Below are positions 25,995 through 27,714 of a DNA stretch of 27,714 nt, one piece after another (the stretch's first letter is position 1; each line of letters starts with the position of its first letter). The notes under the pieces were generated by a model that saw only the letters and a list, made by a program, of their open reading frames with translations, did no database searches and was not told where the DNA came from. Origin of the DNA: a virus. The stretch is from the UHGV virus genome UHGV-0206445; one strand, given 5' to 3'. A program made the translations under genes and the position numbers.

Positions 25995-27106
25995 TGAATG
26001 ACAGAGACCGTACAGGGATAGAGTTAGCAGCCCTAGCGGGTGAGTTGGCTATTCTCATGGTGATAGCTAAGCACTTGAAGAGGGTAGACAAGGACACTAC
26101 CTATTCGGACGTTGCTAAGTGGTCTCTAGTTGGTTTAGTTGATATTGCCACTATCGCTAATAACACGTCTAACCTGCTTACTAAGCGGGCTAGGCGTGTG
26201 TTTGCTAACGGGTCGAGCGAGATTGACGCATGGAGCGCCCCTCTATTCGCTGCAAATGCTAGGACATTCCACAGCGTGAGCGATATCTACGCAGCAAGTA
26301 CAGCCCTAGAGACTGGTCTAGGCTCAACCGTTCACACAATAGAGACAATGTTCTCAACGTCTGTTATGGGTCTAGTCAATCCACAGGGTCGTATCGTTCC
26401 TATAGCGCAGGCATACCGTGAGAGCCTACAGGAGGCAGTCTCAGCCATGCAAGCGGGAGAATTGAACTACGTACAGTCAATCAAGCGTATGACCGCTAGA
26501 ATGGCTCAGAGGGGCGTTAGAGTGTTCTACCCTAGCGGGGTTACACGTGAACTGTATTCAGCGGTAAGCAGTAACGTCTACGATAATTACCGCCTTACAA
26601 TGCAAAAAGCCCGTGAAGAGGTAGGCGTAGCGTTCGGCGCTAACGGCGTTGAGATATCGGCGCACGGACTATGTGCAGCCGACCACTTGCCATATCAAGG
26701 TAAGCAGTACAGCATAGAGGCGTTTAACCGCCTAAATGACAGCCTAAGCCGTCCTATTGCGCATGGCTATAATTGCCACCACACCACCACGCCGATTATC
26801 TTAGGCATATCTAAGCCCGCTCAGAGCCGTTCACAGCTAAAAGAACTACGGGAACAGTCTCAGAGGATAGTACACACCTCAAACGGTGATATGACGGCGT
26901 ACGAGTTCACACAGTATCAACGCCGTATGGAGACGGCTATCCGTAAGAAATACGTTGAGAAAGCCGTCCTACAGGCAGCGGGAGCAGATACTGCGGGGCT
27001 GGATAGCGATATTAGAGACGCTACAAGGTTCTACAGGGCTGAAAGCCGTACAGCTGGTATAAAGCCTCACATGGAGCGTGTGACAGTTTACAAGCCCGCT
27101 AAATAG
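25994..27106 (+). CDS. Minor capsid protein (Phage_min_cap2-like)
   Basis: EISAHGLCAADHLPYQGKQY, YNCHH and YEFTQYQRRMETAIRK motifs. Confidence 0.88.
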   Translation: MNDRDRTGIELAALAGELAILMVIAKHLKRVDKDTTYSDVAKWSLVGLVDIATIANNTSNLLTKRARRVFANGSSEIDAWSAPLFAANARTFHSVSDIYAASTALETGLGSTVHTIETMFSTSVMGLVNPQGRIVPIAQAYRESLQEAVSAMQAGELNYVQSIKRMTARMAQRGVRVFYPSGVTRELYSAVSSNVYDNYRLTMQKAREEVGVAFGANGVEISAHGLCAADHLPYQGKQYSIEAFNRLNDSLSRPIAHGYNCHHTTTPIILGISKPAQSRSQLKELREQSQRIVHTSNGDMTAYEFTQYQRRMETAIRKKYVEKAVLQAAGADTAGLDSDIRDATRFYRAESRTAGIKPHMERVTVYKPAK

Positions 27107-27115
27107 CCTTATACT
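27087..27115 (+). promoter_or_regulatory. Candidate sigma-70-type promoter for the downstream ncRNA
   Basis: TTTACA 27087-27092, 17 bp, TATACT 27110-27115. Confidence 0.55.
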
Positions 27116-27121
27116 AGCGCT

Positions 27122-27248
27122 AGGCGGTACGTTCTACGGTTCGTACTGACTTACAAGGTCAATTCTAGCTAGCGGAAAACCTTGCCCCTGTAGGGGTTTC
27201 AAATGTTGAACACGGCGGGGCTACTCCTTTCACCCGCCGTGTTTTCTT
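27122..27248 (+). ncRNA. Candidate ~125-nt structured small RNA
   Basis: Own promoter, no credible ORF, serial hairpins (CGGTACG/CGTACTG, CAAGGT/ACCTTG, CCCC/GGGG) and a terminal stem AACACGGCGGG/CCCGCCGTGTT with loop GCTACTCCTTTCA and T tail. Confidence 0.5.
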
Positions 27249-27251
27249 ATG

Positions 27252-27368
27252 TGTAGGAAATGTGTAGGAAAATATTTACAAAATTGTTGTTGACAACTAG
27301 CAACACACGGCATATAGTAATACTCAACAAAGGGGAACGCAAAAGGCAAACCCCGACACGGCGAAAGG
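27252..27368 (+). promoter_or_regulatory. Repeated promoter/leader copy 5
   Basis: TGTAGG at 27252 and 27263; TTGACA 27290-27295, 17 bp, TATAGT 27313-27318; TGTTG-N8-CAACA; leader AACAAA-GGGG..CCCC-GACACG..GAAAGG. Confidence 0.88.
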
Positions 27369-27376
27369 TTTTAGAA

Positions 27377-27658
27377 ATGACTACACGTGAGCAGCTACGC
27401 AGGAATATGACCGCTACAAAGTGGATTGTTAAGTACATTTACCGCACCGCTAAATATGCAGGTGAGCCAGTATCTATCCTAGAGGTAAACAACGATGTAA
27501 ACAGTATTCTCAACGGTAAAGAGGTTACACGTGAGAACCTAGGGGAGTTCCAAGGCGAGTTTAGTTTTTTCAACTACAGGCTTAAATATATCAATTATGA
27601 CGAGGGCGTTTATTATGGTCTGTTGGAGTGCGTTGCTACGGCTGCCAGCGAACTATAA
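27377..27658 (+). CDS. Hypothetical protein (slot gene of promoter 5)
   Basis: ATG 27377 after GAAAGG; the upstream part of the track ORF overlaps the promoter. Confidence 0.78.
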   Translation: MTTREQLRRNMTATKWIVKYIYRTAKYAGEPVSILEVNNDVNSILNGKEVTRENLGEFQGEFSFFNYRLKYINYDEGVYYGLLECVATAASEL

Positions 27659-27714
27659 ATAGACGAACGAACGGGCGGGGGTTCGACTACCCCGCCATAC
27701 CATAAGGGGGAGAT

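Larger units (their letters stand above)
1..27714 (+). mobile_element. Siphovirus-type tailed phage genome, apparently complete and circularly permuted; no integrase seen
   Basis: Full packaging, head, tail, lysis and replication gene set on the + strand. Head gene order continues across the ends (portal and minor capsid at the end, scaffold and MCP at the start). Hairpin plus AAGGGGGAG at the 3' end would be the RBS for the ATG at 1. Confidence 0.9.

Noticed and set aside
27122..27200. Hammerhead ribozyme (CTGA...GAAA present)
   Set aside because: The core reads CTGACTT rather than CTGANGA, and the required stems are not evident
14046..27368. Repeats as a CRISPR or mini-CRISPR array linked to the Cas4-like gene
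   Set aside because: Copies are kilobases apart and contain canonical promoters; there is no repeat-spacer periodicity
846..27438. All minus-strand ORFs and nested alternative-frame ORFs in the track (e.g. 846-1181, 1459-1881, 1743-2228, 7124-7564, 21319-21597, 27247-27438)
   Set aside because: They are shadows of well-supported + strand genes or promoters, with no SD or recognisable motifs
1..27714. Stop-codon reassignment or tRNA genes
   Set aside because: Core genes are intact under the standard code with TAA, TAG and TGA stops; no cloverleaf recognised

Overview
The window appears to be a complete, circularly permuted ~27.7 kb siphovirus genome with essentially all credible genes on the + strand. 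The hairpin and SD at the window's end serve the ATG at position 1. It has an A118/SPP1-like head-tail module (TerS, TerL, portal, minor capsid, scaffold, MCP, neck proteins, tail tube, chaperones, TMP, Dit, baseplate/fibre), a holin and GH25 endolysin, and a recombination/replication module (ERF, SSB, RusA, Cas4-like nuclease, initiator, DnaC-like loader, XRE HTH, HNH-like). No integrase is recognisable. The SSB resembles, from memory, those of Coriobacteriia (inferred host). The most notable content is non-coding. (1) Five copies of a composite promoter (TGTAGG box, TTGACA-17-TATAGT, a TGTTG-N8-CAACA palindrome over the -35 and, in four, a co-varying leader hairpin) drive one-gene 'slots' closed by a second GC hairpin, and one slot appears empty. 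(2) An iteron/AT-rich origin-like region lies in the neck-gene cluster, far from an initiator gene that lacks internal iterons. (3) A structured TGCC-N12-CTTACC element occurs in four copies. (4) Two candidate small RNAs expose anti-SD-like CUACUCCU loops. All protein assignments are from motif recognition and synteny, not database searches.
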